Shown in pieces: positions 10,519 through 20,757 of a stretch of 64,000 nt of DNA. The notes under the pieces were generated by a model. The model made no database searches. It had not been told where the DNA came from and saw only the letters and a program-made list of their open reading frames with translations. The number at the start of each line of letters is the position of its first letter. Position 1 is the stretch's first letter. The stretch lies in the IMG/VR virus record IMGVR_UViG_3300030329_006583, positions 62,001 to 126,000 of that record. One strand, given 5' to 3'. The position numbers and the translations under genes are program-made.

Positions 10519-12066
10519 TTACTCAGAACCTAATAAAAATTTATTATTGGGATTAATTAAATATTCATCAAATATTTCGGCACCCGTTGCTGCATTTCCT
10601 ACTGAACTATTCAAAATCATTGTAAAAATATTCGCAAATCTTAAAGAAACTGCGCCAGTATTATCTTTATCCTGATACATTTTTCCTACATAAAACAAAC
10701 GCTGTTGATTCCCATTGGGATTACCATCCGATAATTCCCCTGCATCAATTACAGCTAATTTATTTATTTCCGCCTTATCCCTAGGGAATTCAAATATTTG
10801 CATAATTAAATTATTGTTTTTTGAAGTCTCGGGAAATGTCACCAAATTACCTATAATTTGTTTATTGCTTTTGGGATTATCGCCGGCTTTTGCTTTAAGC
10901 CTATCAATTACTTGGCTCAATTTTGTCTCACGCTGTTGGTATTTTGTTGCCGCCTCTGCAGGCCATTGCCACTGATAACACAAACGTGCCGCTGCAAAAT
11001 CTTTTTCATTTAAGCCTTGAACACCCAATGCCACTGCACCTATTTTATCCAATTCTGTTGCAATATCACCTTCCTTATAAGGTGTGATTCCTCCGCCAGT
11101 ATATTGTTTCACCTCATCGGGAGCATGAAATCCATCTTTAAAAAGAGATACATTTTCCAGAACACCGTTGGGTAAGCCGTCAATTTTAAAAGCACCATTA
11201 GGTAAAAAGTGTTCCAAAATGCCTAACATAACCACTAAGCCTAGACCATCCAAAAGACCGAGATCATCACTGTCAAGCAGTTTTACCACAGCGGCAGGTA
11301 ATCCCATAAACTCAGACATTTTTTTCATTGCTTGTTTGAAATCCATTTCCGGTAATTTCAAACCTGTCACTATGAAAGGTAGGATACGTGCCATTTGTGC
11401 ACCGGGTGGGAGTTTGTTAATGGGTGGCAAATACAGGAAATTCGGAACATGGGTAAATCGATGATCCTCCCAAACCCTGGGCAGCGTACTTCTTTCTAAC
11501 GTTTGTGGTACATCAGGTGAAGCCGAAGATTCATCTGTGACTGCTTTGGGTTCTGGGAGTGTATCAAAATTAATACTTCCTGTGCTGATTATAAACTTAT
11601 TATTGATGGCAAACGGATCAATGCTGGCCAAAAATCGCTGTGACTGATAATTCCCTTCCAGCCCTTTTATAAATTCATTTGGCATGCCCCCATTCAGTGG
11701 GTTAATGTTAACGCCTGTTGGAAATGCCCCAGTAAGGGAGAATTTATTTAATAAATTCGGCAACAATTCAAAAATACTACCTGAATATAATATGGGCGGT
11801 GCCTTAAGTGCTGTGATTAATCCATTGTGATCTGTTTCAATACACAACGTATCCTGAAACCTTTGCATGGCTTCAAAATAAATACGATCCCCTGCATCAC
11901 CCGCAACATCAGAAGCGGTTGGCGCCAACGCACTATCATAAAATGCATGTCGGTCGGTAAATGTAACATACCTAAATTGCATATGACCGGATGCGGCCTG
12001 GAATCTGCCGGGGGTGGTGATCAATGTATCCATCACCCTTTGTTTACTATTTAATATACCTGCCAT
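10519..12066 (-). CDS. Putative baseplate/tail-collar-type structural protein
   Basis: Likely start MAGILNSK at 12066; the track start at 12120 overlaps a terminator. The N-terminus DTLITTPGR...FRYVTFTD resembles tail-fibre/collar attachment N-termini. Confidence 0.55.
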   Translation of the reverse strand: MAGILNSKQRVMDTLITTPGRFQAASGHMQFRYVTFTDRHAFYDSALAPTASDVAGDAGDRIYFEAMQRFQDTLCIETDHNGLITALKAPPILYSGSIFELLPNLLNKFSLTGAFPTGVNINPLNGGMPNEFIKGLEGNYQSQRFLASIDPFAINNKFIISTGSINFDTLPEPKAVTDESSASPDVPQTLERSTLPRVWEDHRFTHVPNFLYLPPINKLPPGAQMARILPFIVTGLKLPEMDFKQAMKKMSEFMGLPAAVVKLLDSDDLGLLDGLGLVVMLGILEHFLPNGAFKIDGLPNGVLENVSLFKDGFHAPDEVKQYTGGGITPYKEGDIATELDKIGAVALGVQGLNEKDFAAARLCYQWQWPAEAATKYQQRETKLSQVIDRLKAKAGDNPKSNKQIIGNLVTFPETSKNNNLIMQIFEFPRDKAEINKLAVIDAGELSDGNPNGNQQRLFYVGKMYQDKDNTGAVSLRFANIFTMILNSSVGNAATGAEIFDEYLINPNNKFLLGSE

Positions 12067-12118
12067 AAGATTAATTATCCACCTTAAATATTTTACCGCA
12101 TTATTGTAAATAAGAAAC

Positions 12119-12150
12119 AAAAAAAAGGTGGGCGACCGAAGCCGCCCACC
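12119..12150 (-). terminator. Rho-independent terminator with a C(UUCG)G tetraloop, downstream of the 924-aa fibre gene
   Basis: Minus strand reads GGTGGGCGGC-TTCG-GTCGCCCACC followed by T8. Confidence 0.92.
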
Positions 12151-12181
12151 CGCTATGGAAACCCAACTATTCTACTAACAT

Positions 12182-14956
12182 TTAGTTAGTGGAAAGAGGG
12201 GGAGGTCCATTCATACCAGCATCACGACCGGTCGGATCAATCTCAGTCATATTTAACTGAAACCACCTTCCGTTGGTGTTGTTACGAATAGTAAGCATGG
12301 ACTCTTCCTCGACGATTGTCCAGTTACCACGGCTATTTGCAAGGTGAAGGTCACCTGTGTAGATGTTACCAAACCTCAATGCCGCCGTACCTAGGTCTAC
12401 ACCTAAATCACTACTAGGCTGGATTGAAGCAGCAGTAACACTAACATCATTGCTACCAGCATCTATCACAATATCAGCGGCTTCACCTCGAAGTGCAATA
12501 GTGGAATTACCACTATCTTCACCGATCCGAATGGTACGTGTACCGTTTGTACCGATGTTGATGTTTTGGTTAACATCATCACCACCCAAGGTAATTGTGC
12601 CACCGGATGATTCAAGCGCTATATTGCTTGAGGCATCAACCTCGAATGTGGTAACATTTGCAACACTTAATGCCCTTGCATCAGACACTGCAATAATGTT
12701 AGAACCACCTTCTTGGAGATTTAAACCACCAGCACCATTAACTGTCAATGCACCAGCAGATGTTGACCAAGTCGCAGCAGCAGCAGAAGTAAGCGTAAGC
12801 GCACCTGCAGAACTGGACCAAGTTGAAGCAGCACCAGCTGTCAATGTGATTGCCCCTGAAGGGGTAACAGACAATGACGTCATACCTGTTTCAGAAACAG
12901 CACCAGATCCATCAAACTCCCATGTACCTGTGTCATCACCAAGTGAAGCACCACTAGCACCTGTCACAGACATTGTACCAGCAGCCGAAGTTACATTAAC
13001 ATTACCAGCGGCGGCATCAATGGAAATTCCACCAGATGAAGTATCAAGTGTAATAGCACCAGATGCGTCCAGATCGAATGTTGATGAATCAACATCAAGT
13101 GCAACATCTGCAGCAGTACCAATTGAAATGCTATCAGCGGAGTCAATTGTCAATGCACCTGTAGCATCAATGTCCAGTGTTGTACCGGTATCCATGTTGA
13201 TACTACCAACATCGAAGTGTATACCACCAGCAGCATCTGTAGTCTTGAATGCAAATGCGTTAGCACTTCCAACAGAACCTGTAAACTGCAATTTACCACC
13301 ATTACTACGCATGAGCGCACCATTATCGGCTTCTATATGAACACCACCAGCACCTTGAGCACTGTAAAGCTTCACTGCAGGCCATGAACTCCTGGAACCT
13401 GACATAACGTTCCACCCTGATGATCGTGTGTACACGTTTCCACTAGCACAATTGACATCAAAGTCACCGCTGGAAAGATCAACATCCATCTCTGCAGCAT
13501 CTGCATCAATTTTACCGTTGGCGCTCAGGTGAATACCACCAGAAGTACCATTGGCGACTAGTTGAACCGCCTGGTTGTCATCCTCACCACCGACCAGTTG
13601 AACCGATCCGGCGCCGTTAGTCAAGACAATGTCTTTTCCTACACCACCCTGGGCACCCAGGTATATACCACCAGCAGAACCGATGTCAACTGCACGAGCC
13701 TGAGCATTAGCACCAGTCAAAGCCAGCTTTGTACCCGCACGGACTGCGAGCCATTGGCCGGAGTTATTGACATAGTTAGCTGCATCTCCAAAGGTGAGCT
13801 TGTTAGTGCTATTGAGTGTCAGACCTGTTCCGTCAGTATGAGTCAGAGTTGTATCAGAATCAGCACCAAAACTAAGGACAGCTGAATCAGAGAGAAGCTT
13901 GACATCATTACCAAGAACTGCATCTTTAACAACACTCAAACCACCGTCAGTCTGAAGTGAACCATCTGTTATAGAAGTGGCATCAGTTGCATCATCAACA
14001 ATAACCCGACCACCAAAATAACCTTGTTTTACAACACTCAAACCACCATCAGTTTGAAGTGAACCATCTGTTGTAGAACTGGCTTGTGTTGCATCATCAA
14101 CGATGACTCTTCCATCGGCGGTAAGTTGACCGGCAGACGTAATAGTAACACCGGAAGAACCGGCTCCGCCAGCAACATCAAAATCGCCATTGTCTTCAAC
14201 GCGGAAGACCTCCGTGCCATCATACTGCTTAAATACAAAATCATCAGAATCAACCTTGAGTTGCATAATGATCTCGCCAGCGGTTCCATCCATGTCAAGT
14301 GCCAATTGGGCTACACCACCGTCTTCGAATGAAATGTCACCAGAATCGGAATCAATTTTGACTGAATTGGCAGCATCCAGTTCAATATTTCCATCAGAAA
14401 CAAGATCCAAAATACCGTCAGCAGACTGATAAATGTACGTACCGGTATCACCAAAGTTAAGTTTAGCGTCAGTTGTCGAAGCACCGATTGTCACATCACC
14501 TGTGCTATCATTGTAAGTTAAATCAGCAGCACCACCAAAATCACCGTCATTATTGTATTGAACTTGTGTGTTTGAGCCTTTAGCATCACGATGGTCTGAA
14601 CCTGATTGTAGGCGAACACCATCCCAATAAAGATGACTTCCAACATTATAAAGCTTGTCGGTTGTATTACTGGGGGCGCTCATTTGCTCAAGGTTAAACG
14701 CACCGGATGCCACCAAGTCGCCACCGAAACAAGCAACACCAAAAGCATGCTCGCCAGCTTCCTTACCTTTACCGTCAATATTACCGGAAACGAAAAGAAG
14801 CACATCCTGACCGGGAAGGGCCGGGAATGCTGTTGCAGCGGCGGACTTTTTTCCACCTGGTCTAGCCACGATAAACGATCCTGTTAAACCTACATTATGT
14901 TGGCCATTACCTGCATTAGAAGCAGACATCTGGCTAAGTATTAATCCATTTGCCAA
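12182..14956 (-). CDS. Long tail fibre / fibre-like virion protein (924 aa), TTG start
   Basis: Rich in G/S/T/A/D with beta-type repeats. Contains the GSNTQVQYNNDGDFGG fibre motif and a C-terminal RFGNIYTGDLHL..RGNWTIVEE domain. AGGAG lies 7 nt before the TTG. Confidence 0.8.
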   Translation of the reverse strand: MANGLILSQMSASNAGNGQHNVGLTGSFIVARPGGKKSAAATAFPALPGQDVLLFVSGNIDGKGKEAGEHAFGVACFGGDLVASGAFNLEQMSAPSNTTDKLYNVGSHLYWDGVRLQSGSDHRDAKGSNTQVQYNNDGDFGGAADLTYNDSTGDVTIGASTTDAKLNFGDTGTYIYQSADGILDLVSDGNIELDAANSVKIDSDSGDISFEDGGVAQLALDMDGTAGEIIMQLKVDSDDFVFKQYDGTEVFRVEDNGDFDVAGGAGSSGVTITSAGQLTADGRVIVDDATQASSTTDGSLQTDGGLSVVKQGYFGGRVIVDDATDATSITDGSLQTDGGLSVVKDAVLGNDVKLLSDSAVLSFGADSDTTLTHTDGTGLTLNSTNKLTFGDAANYVNNSGQWLAVRAGTKLALTGANAQARAVDIGSAGGIYLGAQGGVGKDIVLTNGAGSVQLVGGEDDNQAVQLVANGTSGGIHLSANGKIDADAAEMDVDLSSGDFDVNCASGNVYTRSSGWNVMSGSRSSWPAVKLYSAQGAGGVHIEADNGALMRSNGGKLQFTGSVGSANAFAFKTTDAAGGIHFDVGSINMDTGTTLDIDATGALTIDSADSISIGTAADVALDVDSSTFDLDASGAITLDTSSGGISIDAAAGNVNVTSAAGTMSVTGASGASLGDDTGTWEFDGSGAVSETGMTSLSVTPSGAITLTAGAASTWSSSAGALTLTSAAAATWSTSAGALTVNGAGGLNLQEGGSNIIAVSDARALSVANVTTFEVDASSNIALESSGGTITLGGDDVNQNINIGTNGTRTIRIGEDSGNSTIALRGEAADIVIDAGSNDVSVTAASIQPSSDLGVDLGTAALRFGNIYTGDLHLANSRGNWTIVEEESMLTIRNNTNGRWFQLNMTEIDPTGRDAGMNGPPPLSTN
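13925..14113 (-). repeat. Intragenic tandem repeat with a 102-bp (34-aa) period in the fibre gene
   Basis: GRVIVDDATQASSTTDGSLQTDGGLSVVK and GRVIVDDATDATSITDGSLQTDGGLSVVK. Confidence 0.9.
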
Positions 14957-15200
14957 GAGATTTCTCCTAAGAATCCAAAAATGCGCTAGGATTCAAATAA
15001 AGAGTTAAAAAAAAAGAAGAGCGTAAATTCACATTAAAAACGTTTGCGCAGACGACAAATAACATGAAATTACGATCTAATTATTAGTGCAAATACAAAA
15101 AAACTAGAGTATTTTTGCAAGACACAAAATTTTAAAATTTAAAATATTTTGCTATTTGAAATAGGGTGAATTTTATATTTCTGGCGGGTCAAAAAAAAAA

Positions 15201-16853
15201 TTAATCTTTTATTTCTTCAAGAACAAATTTGTAATGTTTACCATTTTTATTGTTTTTAATGGTAAGGTACTCTTCTTCCTCAACAATTGTCCAATCACCT
15301 CTTTCATTTCGTAAATGAAGGTCACCGGTGTATACGTTGGCAAAACGATTGGTGGAACTCCCTAAATCAACAGTGGAATCTAGGCCCGGGATTATTGATC
15401 CGCTCATTACTAAATCCCCACCAAAAACAGAGGTTCCTTTTATGGTCGAGTCTTTAGAACCAATGGCTCCTGAAACAAAGAAACTAATGTCAGATGCCTC
15501 CTTGGGTTGCATTGCACCTGCAGCCATCCTGCTACCAGATAGAAAAATTACCTGCCTGTTACCGGCCCCATAATGGTCACGCAGTCGCATTATTTCTTCT
15601 ACAGAGGTACCATTAAACACATCAAACTTTAAATCATTAGTGCTTCCATCATGTGATATAGCAGCCCCCACAGTTCCACCTGAACCCGCAAATTCTAATG
15701 TAGAGCTCTCTGAGTTATTATTTCTTTGAAGCCTGATTGTTGGGCTTGAGTCTTTTGCATGCACCAATGTGCTAGGGTTATTAAGACCAATACCAATCCT
15801 GTCTGTATCACCTTTCACATACAATGTGTTATCGTCTCCAAGCGTTCGCACTTGAAAATCAACATCACCGCCATCCCCAATCTTTACGATATCCTGCCCA
15901 GCTTCAGATACGGTAATAAGCTGTTCGCCCCCTACTGTAATTCCAATTGCATCATCAGCAAACTGTATAAATGTGTCACTATCGCCGATGTGTTTGATGT
16001 ACTCTGCAACCTCTACATCCCCTAGAACCCCAAAAGATCCTGTAATTCCAACATTTCCGGAAAATTGTGATCCGGTCAAGGTGGCCACAACTCCATCGTT
16101 AATGTTGAGTGTGACATCCCCACTGGTTCCGCCACCGGTAAGACCAACCCCAGCGGTTACACCGGTAATATCGCCCACCGTGCCGTCATTAATAATTGTA
16201 ACCTGACCATTGGAACCGGTTGATATACCAATCCCTGCGCCGGCAATGAGGTATGATGTTCCATCAACAAGGTGGGTCAATGATCCAGACAGTCCTTGAT
16301 CAAATTTTACGACGCCAGTAAACGTAGAACCAGATATAGTTGCCACCACGTTATTATCAATATTTAGGGTAACATCACCACTAGTGCCCCCACCTATTAA
16401 GCCTGTACCGGCAGTTACCCCGGTGATGTCGCCATCTAGTGTTCTAACGGTAATTGATCGCGATGCAGAGTCGCCCACCAATGTAACATTAGCACCCGCC
16501 TTAAGGGAAAATGTTTTATTTGAAGAATCAAACGATATAGCAGAATCGCCGCTAACACTACCACCATCTGCAGTAAGTGAAATTCTATTAATACCATCAC
16601 CCACACCAGAAGTTCCAGAAAGTAATGGAATTCCAGAAAATGTCAATACACCATTTTCATTATATAATTTGTTTAAAATTTCCGGGGGGGCGCTGTGAGG
16701 TTGGAACACAACACCACGACCTGGCATATTAGGATCCTTTAAACCAATTTGAAAATCAGCCTGAGAAATTATTCGCCTAACTTCTTGATTTTTGGAATCT
16801 TTTAATACCAGAAAAGTTTGTTTTAGCGTTTTGTTTTTATCCTGTATTGCCAT
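15201..16853 (-). CDS. Tail fibre-like virion protein (550 aa)
   Basis: GDITGVTAGxGLxGGGTSGDVTLNI occurs twice, and there is a RIGIGLNNP fibre motif. It has the same C-terminal YTGDLHL domain as the 924-aa protein. Confidence 0.8.
   Translation of the reverse strand: MAIQDKNKTLKQTFLVLKDSKNQEVRRIISQADFQIGLKDPNMPGRGVVFQPHSAPPEILNKLYNENGVLTFSGIPLLSGTSGVGDGINRISLTADGGSVSGDSAISFDSSNKTFSLKAGANVTLVGDSASRSITVRTLDGDITGVTAGTGLIGGGTSGDVTLNIDNNVVATISGSTFTGVVKFDQGLSGSLTHLVDGTSYLIAGAGIGISTGSNGQVTIINDGTVGDITGVTAGVGLTGGGTSGDVTLNINDGVVATLTGSQFSGNVGITGSFGVLGDVEVAEYIKHIGDSDTFIQFADDAIGITVGGEQLITVSEAGQDIVKIGDGGDVDFQVRTLGDDNTLYVKGDTDRIGIGLNNPSTLVHAKDSSPTIRLQRNNNSESSTLEFAGSGGTVGAAISHDGSTNDLKFDVFNGTSVEEIMRLRDHYGAGNRQVIFLSGSRMAAGAMQPKEASDISFFVSGAIGSKDSTIKGTSVFGGDLVMSGSIIPGLDSTVDLGSSTNRFANVYTGDLHLRNERGDWTIVEEEEYLTIKNNKNGKHYKFVLEEIKD
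16056..16433 (-). repeat. Duplicated ~40-aa module in the 550-aa fibre
   Basis: GDITGVTAGTGLIGGGTSGDVTLNIDNNVVATISGSTFTG and GDITGVTAGVGLTGGGTSGDVTLNINDGVVATLTGSQFSG. Confidence 0.85.
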
Positions 16854-16870
16854 TGCATAATCAACCTATA

Positions 16871-19576
16871 TCATAGTTCGTCTATTTCCGTTATAACTAT
16901 AGACGTTTTCAAATATGGATCATCATTTCTATCAACTGCAATTCCGTCAAAATAAGGTAAGGAAGATGTAGAGTGCGGGCTTAGATTTTGGGATATTGTA
17001 TCCATGGCATCAATTAAATCGTTATCATTATTTACAAATTTTATATCTATCGCCGGCTCCATTACCTTAACTAGTGCATCGATAGAATTGTTGTAAAATG
17101 CAGTATATTGTCTTTGTTCTAACCTATCCCTAAATTGACCGTATCTATCGTAGCGATACACCGCAGAGTTATAAAGAGGATCAATATTAATCAAACCATA
17201 CCTTAATGCATGGGCACCACTAAATTTTTCATCATCAATGACCTGTGTTCTTGTGGCCATTGTTCCTCCAGATAATTTTTTGGTTAAGAATTGTTCATTA
17301 TTAATCCCGACCTGAAATATAAATCTTCTTACATCTTTGGGTTCTGTTAAAATCTCAATCTGTGTATCACCAACAGAACCACTCAGTACCACAAAACCGT
17401 CATCAGAAAGAACACGTGTTGGATTTCCAACATACGGAAATGGCAAAGACCTGTATCCTTTCCATGTAGTTGTATCTCCATCTTGGGAAATTTCAAGGGC
17501 TCCTGAGAAATAATAGGCATTAACGTTAATTCTCTTAAATTGCCTTTGGCTGAAAATTGTACCACTCATCGCTAATCTACCAAAATAATTTTGTAAATTT
17601 GGCATCAATGAATCATAATATATCTCATTACTATCGATTATTTTTACGCCTTTAAGTAATGATCCTGTTGTGCCTTGCGTTCCCTCAGTGCACCGACCAA
17701 CAACGCCCCTAGTTCCCGCAGAAAGTTTTCCATCATACACTTCGTCAATATAGGTGCCTCTATACGTGTAAAAAGGTTCATTCTGGTATTGATCAACAGT
17801 ATCATAATTACCTAATGCCTCATGAATGGCGTCTGATGTTAGAGGCTGGTTTGTTTGACCGATGGTTGGGTAATTATCACAAACAATGGTTCCAAACATC
17901 GTTATTTTGCTCGGTCCTTTGGACATTACGTTGCGAAAAGTCTGAGCAAAGCCCGCTTCTGTGGCAGGATCACCGGTGGCTTTGTTCAAGGCAGGACATT
18001 GTTGGTTTGCCATCCCTATCACTAATTTGTCTGTTGGCATTAAAATATAGGGTGAATAACTCCTTAGGCTTCCATAGGGTTGGATGTATTGTTGATTTGG
18101 GTATACAGTGGAAGGAAATTTAAATGCGCTACCACTAGTTATTCCACCTACCACGCTGGCTTGAAAACTCCTTCCTGAAGCATTGGCAAACATATCACGG
18201 CCACCATCCGGATTGCCAAAATATGTCATATCATAATTTGCGCTGTCATATAATCGATCACGAGTAAATGTTCCCACCAATGCATTAGGATAAATTCCCG
18301 GGGTAACTGCAATCATTGGCAACTTAAATGTTCCCGTAACACCTGCATTGGTTCCGGTTAACACTAGGTTTTTTCGTTGATAACGACTTAATTGGTGCAC
18401 AGGAGCTGACGATTTACCGAAGGTACCGTATGTGATAACCTCTTTTTCCCTGTTGACAGTGTAAGGTCCATTAAAATTATCGTAATATTCATCTGTTTCA
18501 AGATCAAAATATATCTGTTTACCCGTATATACCTGCCTGTCTACCGGGGTTTCAAATTGATTTAAAATAAAGAATGCACCAGCTTGCGCAAATTTACCGT
18601 CATCTAATGCATCAATTGAAAATGTATTAACACTACCGGTCCATTCAAATGTTATTCTTTCAACCATAAATGGGTGATTAATATAATCTGACATATGCAG
18701 CAATTGAGAACCGGTGGCATCAAATTTTGAAGCCAACGGAAAACCGGCAAAATTTGAAGGAGCACCAGATGCCCTACCGGTTTTTTTAGGCACTTCACCC
18801 GTCAGGGCATTATCGGCTATGCCATTAGGAAATGCAATATAAGAAGACGATCTAACTGTGTTTGACCTATTTAAAAAATCAACATTACTACCGGTTGTAA
18901 GATCACCGATAATCTCCCATTGTTTTTGTTTCCAGTTAAAATATGCAATACCAGAATTAATTCCTGCCGCCAATCCCAATGCAGAATTTGCATATGGCGA
19001 ACTATGTGCCGATGTACCGGTGCTGAAATATATGTCGGTGTCGGTGGCAGGATTGAGTTCTATAACAATCTGTCTTTTATCTTTTAAAGGTGAACTAAAC
19101 CCAAAACCCATTGCAGGTTGTGGTCCACGCAAGGTATAAAACGACGATGTTGCGTTTAAATTAACCCGAGAATCATCATATGGTTTTAATGATTGTGAAG
19201 ATAAATTATTTGTTGTTAAACGAAACATTTTATCTGATACACCGGCAACAATACCGCGTGAAACAAAAATGCTGCCCGTGGTATTAGGATTGGCTATGCC
19301 GATAGAATAACCCTCTTTATTTTCAACAGAGGATGACCCAAAAATATAATCCGGTGGTAACATCAAAGGATATGACATTCCAACGGGTGATTGTGAATTA
19401 TTGGGAACTGATGCTGAAAACATCAAGGTAAGAGTATCATCAAAGATAGATGGTGTTTGCTTTACATAATCCTGATCACCGGTTCTTTTCAGTGCAGGAT
19501 ATGTTCCCATCGCCTCATCTTGCAACCTTAATTGCACACGGGGTGGTAATCCTAAAAATGGTCTTTTATTGCTCAC
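16871..19576 (-). CDS. Hypothetical virion structural protein (901 aa), rich in [ST]G[ST]
   Basis: Long ORF with GTG start after GGGAG; lies between baseplate and fibre genes. Confidence 0.7.
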   Translation of the reverse strand: MSNKRPFLGLPPRVQLRLQDEAMGTYPALKRTGDQDYVKQTPSIFDDTLTLMFSASVPNNSQSPVGMSYPLMLPPDYIFGSSSVENKEGYSIGIANPNTTGSIFVSRGIVAGVSDKMFRLTTNNLSSQSLKPYDDSRVNLNATSSFYTLRGPQPAMGFGFSSPLKDKRQIVIELNPATDTDIYFSTGTSAHSSPYANSALGLAAGINSGIAYFNWKQKQWEIIGDLTTGSNVDFLNRSNTVRSSSYIAFPNGIADNALTGEVPKKTGRASGAPSNFAGFPLASKFDATGSQLLHMSDYINHPFMVERITFEWTGSVNTFSIDALDDGKFAQAGAFFILNQFETPVDRQVYTGKQIYFDLETDEYYDNFNGPYTVNREKEVITYGTFGKSSAPVHQLSRYQRKNLVLTGTNAGVTGTFKLPMIAVTPGIYPNALVGTFTRDRLYDSANYDMTYFGNPDGGRDMFANASGRSFQASVVGGITSGSAFKFPSTVYPNQQYIQPYGSLRSYSPYILMPTDKLVIGMANQQCPALNKATGDPATEAGFAQTFRNVMSKGPSKITMFGTIVCDNYPTIGQTNQPLTSDAIHEALGNYDTVDQYQNEPFYTYRGTYIDEVYDGKLSAGTRGVVGRCTEGTQGTTGSLLKGVKIIDSNEIYYDSLMPNLQNYFGRLAMSGTIFSQRQFKRINVNAYYFSGALEISQDGDTTTWKGYRSLPFPYVGNPTRVLSDDGFVVLSGSVGDTQIEILTEPKDVRRFIFQVGINNEQFLTKKLSGGTMATRTQVIDDEKFSGAHALRYGLINIDPLYNSAVYRYDRYGQFRDRLEQRQYTAFYNNSIDALVKVMEPAIDIKFVNNDNDLIDAMDTISQNLSPHSTSSLPYFDGIAVDRNDDPYLKTSIVITEIDEL

Positions 19577-19594
19577 GACGCTATGCTCCCCATT

Positions 19595-20749
19595 TTATTT
19601 CTTTAAACCCCCATATACTATAGAATCAGTGCCCATATTCCAACCTGTATGATATGAAATTGCATATTCAAATCCGGATGTGGTACCATATACGTTCTTA
19701 TCAAACATTGATAAAACAGCAGACCCAGTGGCATTAAAAAGTATATTTTTAAATTCTGAGTCATTTTCAAGATTATTTGTCAACCCCCTCCCTTCAGAGG
19801 AAAATATAGAAGAAATACGAGCCTCTATATAACTTTCATCAGCAAAGGGTTTAATCTGGCTGGAGGTAATTACTGTTTTAACAATTCTATTTGTTGCCCC
19901 TGCAGGTAGAAATATAGGTAAATCTGTAATATTTTGTACCGGCGGATTTAAATTATCTGTGGGAATGTCTATATTAAATGCGGCAATTTCCCAATTTATA
20001 TTATAAGTTATCCATTGATCAGGTGTAAAAGACGGGTATTTCAATCTTCCAAACGAACCCGATGTATACCTTAAAACACGTCGATCATTAAATGGAGATA
20101 TTGGTTCACTATAATGCCTTCTCCCATTACCTGGTACCTCTTGTTCTTGAACAATGAATATATTAGGTCTTTGATTTATTGTGACAGGACTAGAATAATC
20201 AAGTGGCTCATTACTCAAATCTGCCTGCATAGATTCACGTTTATCATATGAAAGAGGTACCGTAAAATCAATCTTTTTACGAATGGGAAAAACCTCCACA
20301 ATACCGTTTAATTGCCCTAATGCAACATTTGATTGGCATCTATCTAGTGGTGATAAACTAGCAGTGATTGAAACATCATTAAGTAAAAATGCATTAGACC
20401 CCGAAGGATTTGTATTGATGGAATTTTTATCCACAAACATTATTCCATCGCCAATATTTCTTTCGAGTGTCGTTTGACCAAACATCAATTCTTCATATTC
20501 GTGATTAATGATAACATGATATCCTGGTCGTACCCCAATATTTTCACTACCTATTCCAGCCTGGGAGTCGTTAAAAGATATGCCTAATTCGCCATGGCTA
20601 CCCGACAGTGCCAAGCGTGACATTGGGCCCATTGATAAATGGGGAAGCAATGACATAAAATTATATTTTAATTTATTTGCACTAATCCCTTGCCTAAATG
20701 AAGACATGGTACCTGATAGTGTGATGCTGCTTCTTTTAGTACTCGCCAT
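19595..20749 (-). CDS. Hypothetical virion structural protein (384 aa)
   Basis: ORF tightly packed in the structural operon; contains SGS/TGS motifs. Confidence 0.7.
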   Translation of the reverse strand: MASTKRSSITLSGTMSSFRQGISANKLKYNFMSLLPHLSMGPMSRLALSGSHGELGISFNDSQAGIGSENIGVRPGYHVIINHEYEELMFGQTTLERNIGDGIMFVDKNSINTNPSGSNAFLLNDVSITASLSPLDRCQSNVALGQLNGIVEVFPIRKKIDFTVPLSYDKRESMQADLSNEPLDYSSPVTINQRPNIFIVQEQEVPGNGRRHYSEPISPFNDRRVLRYTSGSFGRLKYPSFTPDQWITYNINWEIAAFNIDIPTDNLNPPVQNITDLPIFLPAGATNRIVKTVITSSQIKPFADESYIEARISSIFSSEGRGLTNNLENDSEFKNILFNATGSAVLSMFDKNVYGTTSGFEYAISYHTGWNMGTDSIVYGGLKK

Positions 20750-20757
20750 TACCTTTC

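Noticed and set aside
12363-13340. 325-aa plus-strand ORF and the many other short plus-strand ORFs in the track
   Set aside because: They are antisense shadows of long minus-strand genes with biased codon usage, and show no recognisable motifs.
12182-15400. Similar 3' ends of the two fibre genes as a diversity-generating retroelement TR/VR pair
   Set aside because: The similarity is at protein level with synonymous differences at all bases, not adenine-specific. No reverse transcriptase is in the window.
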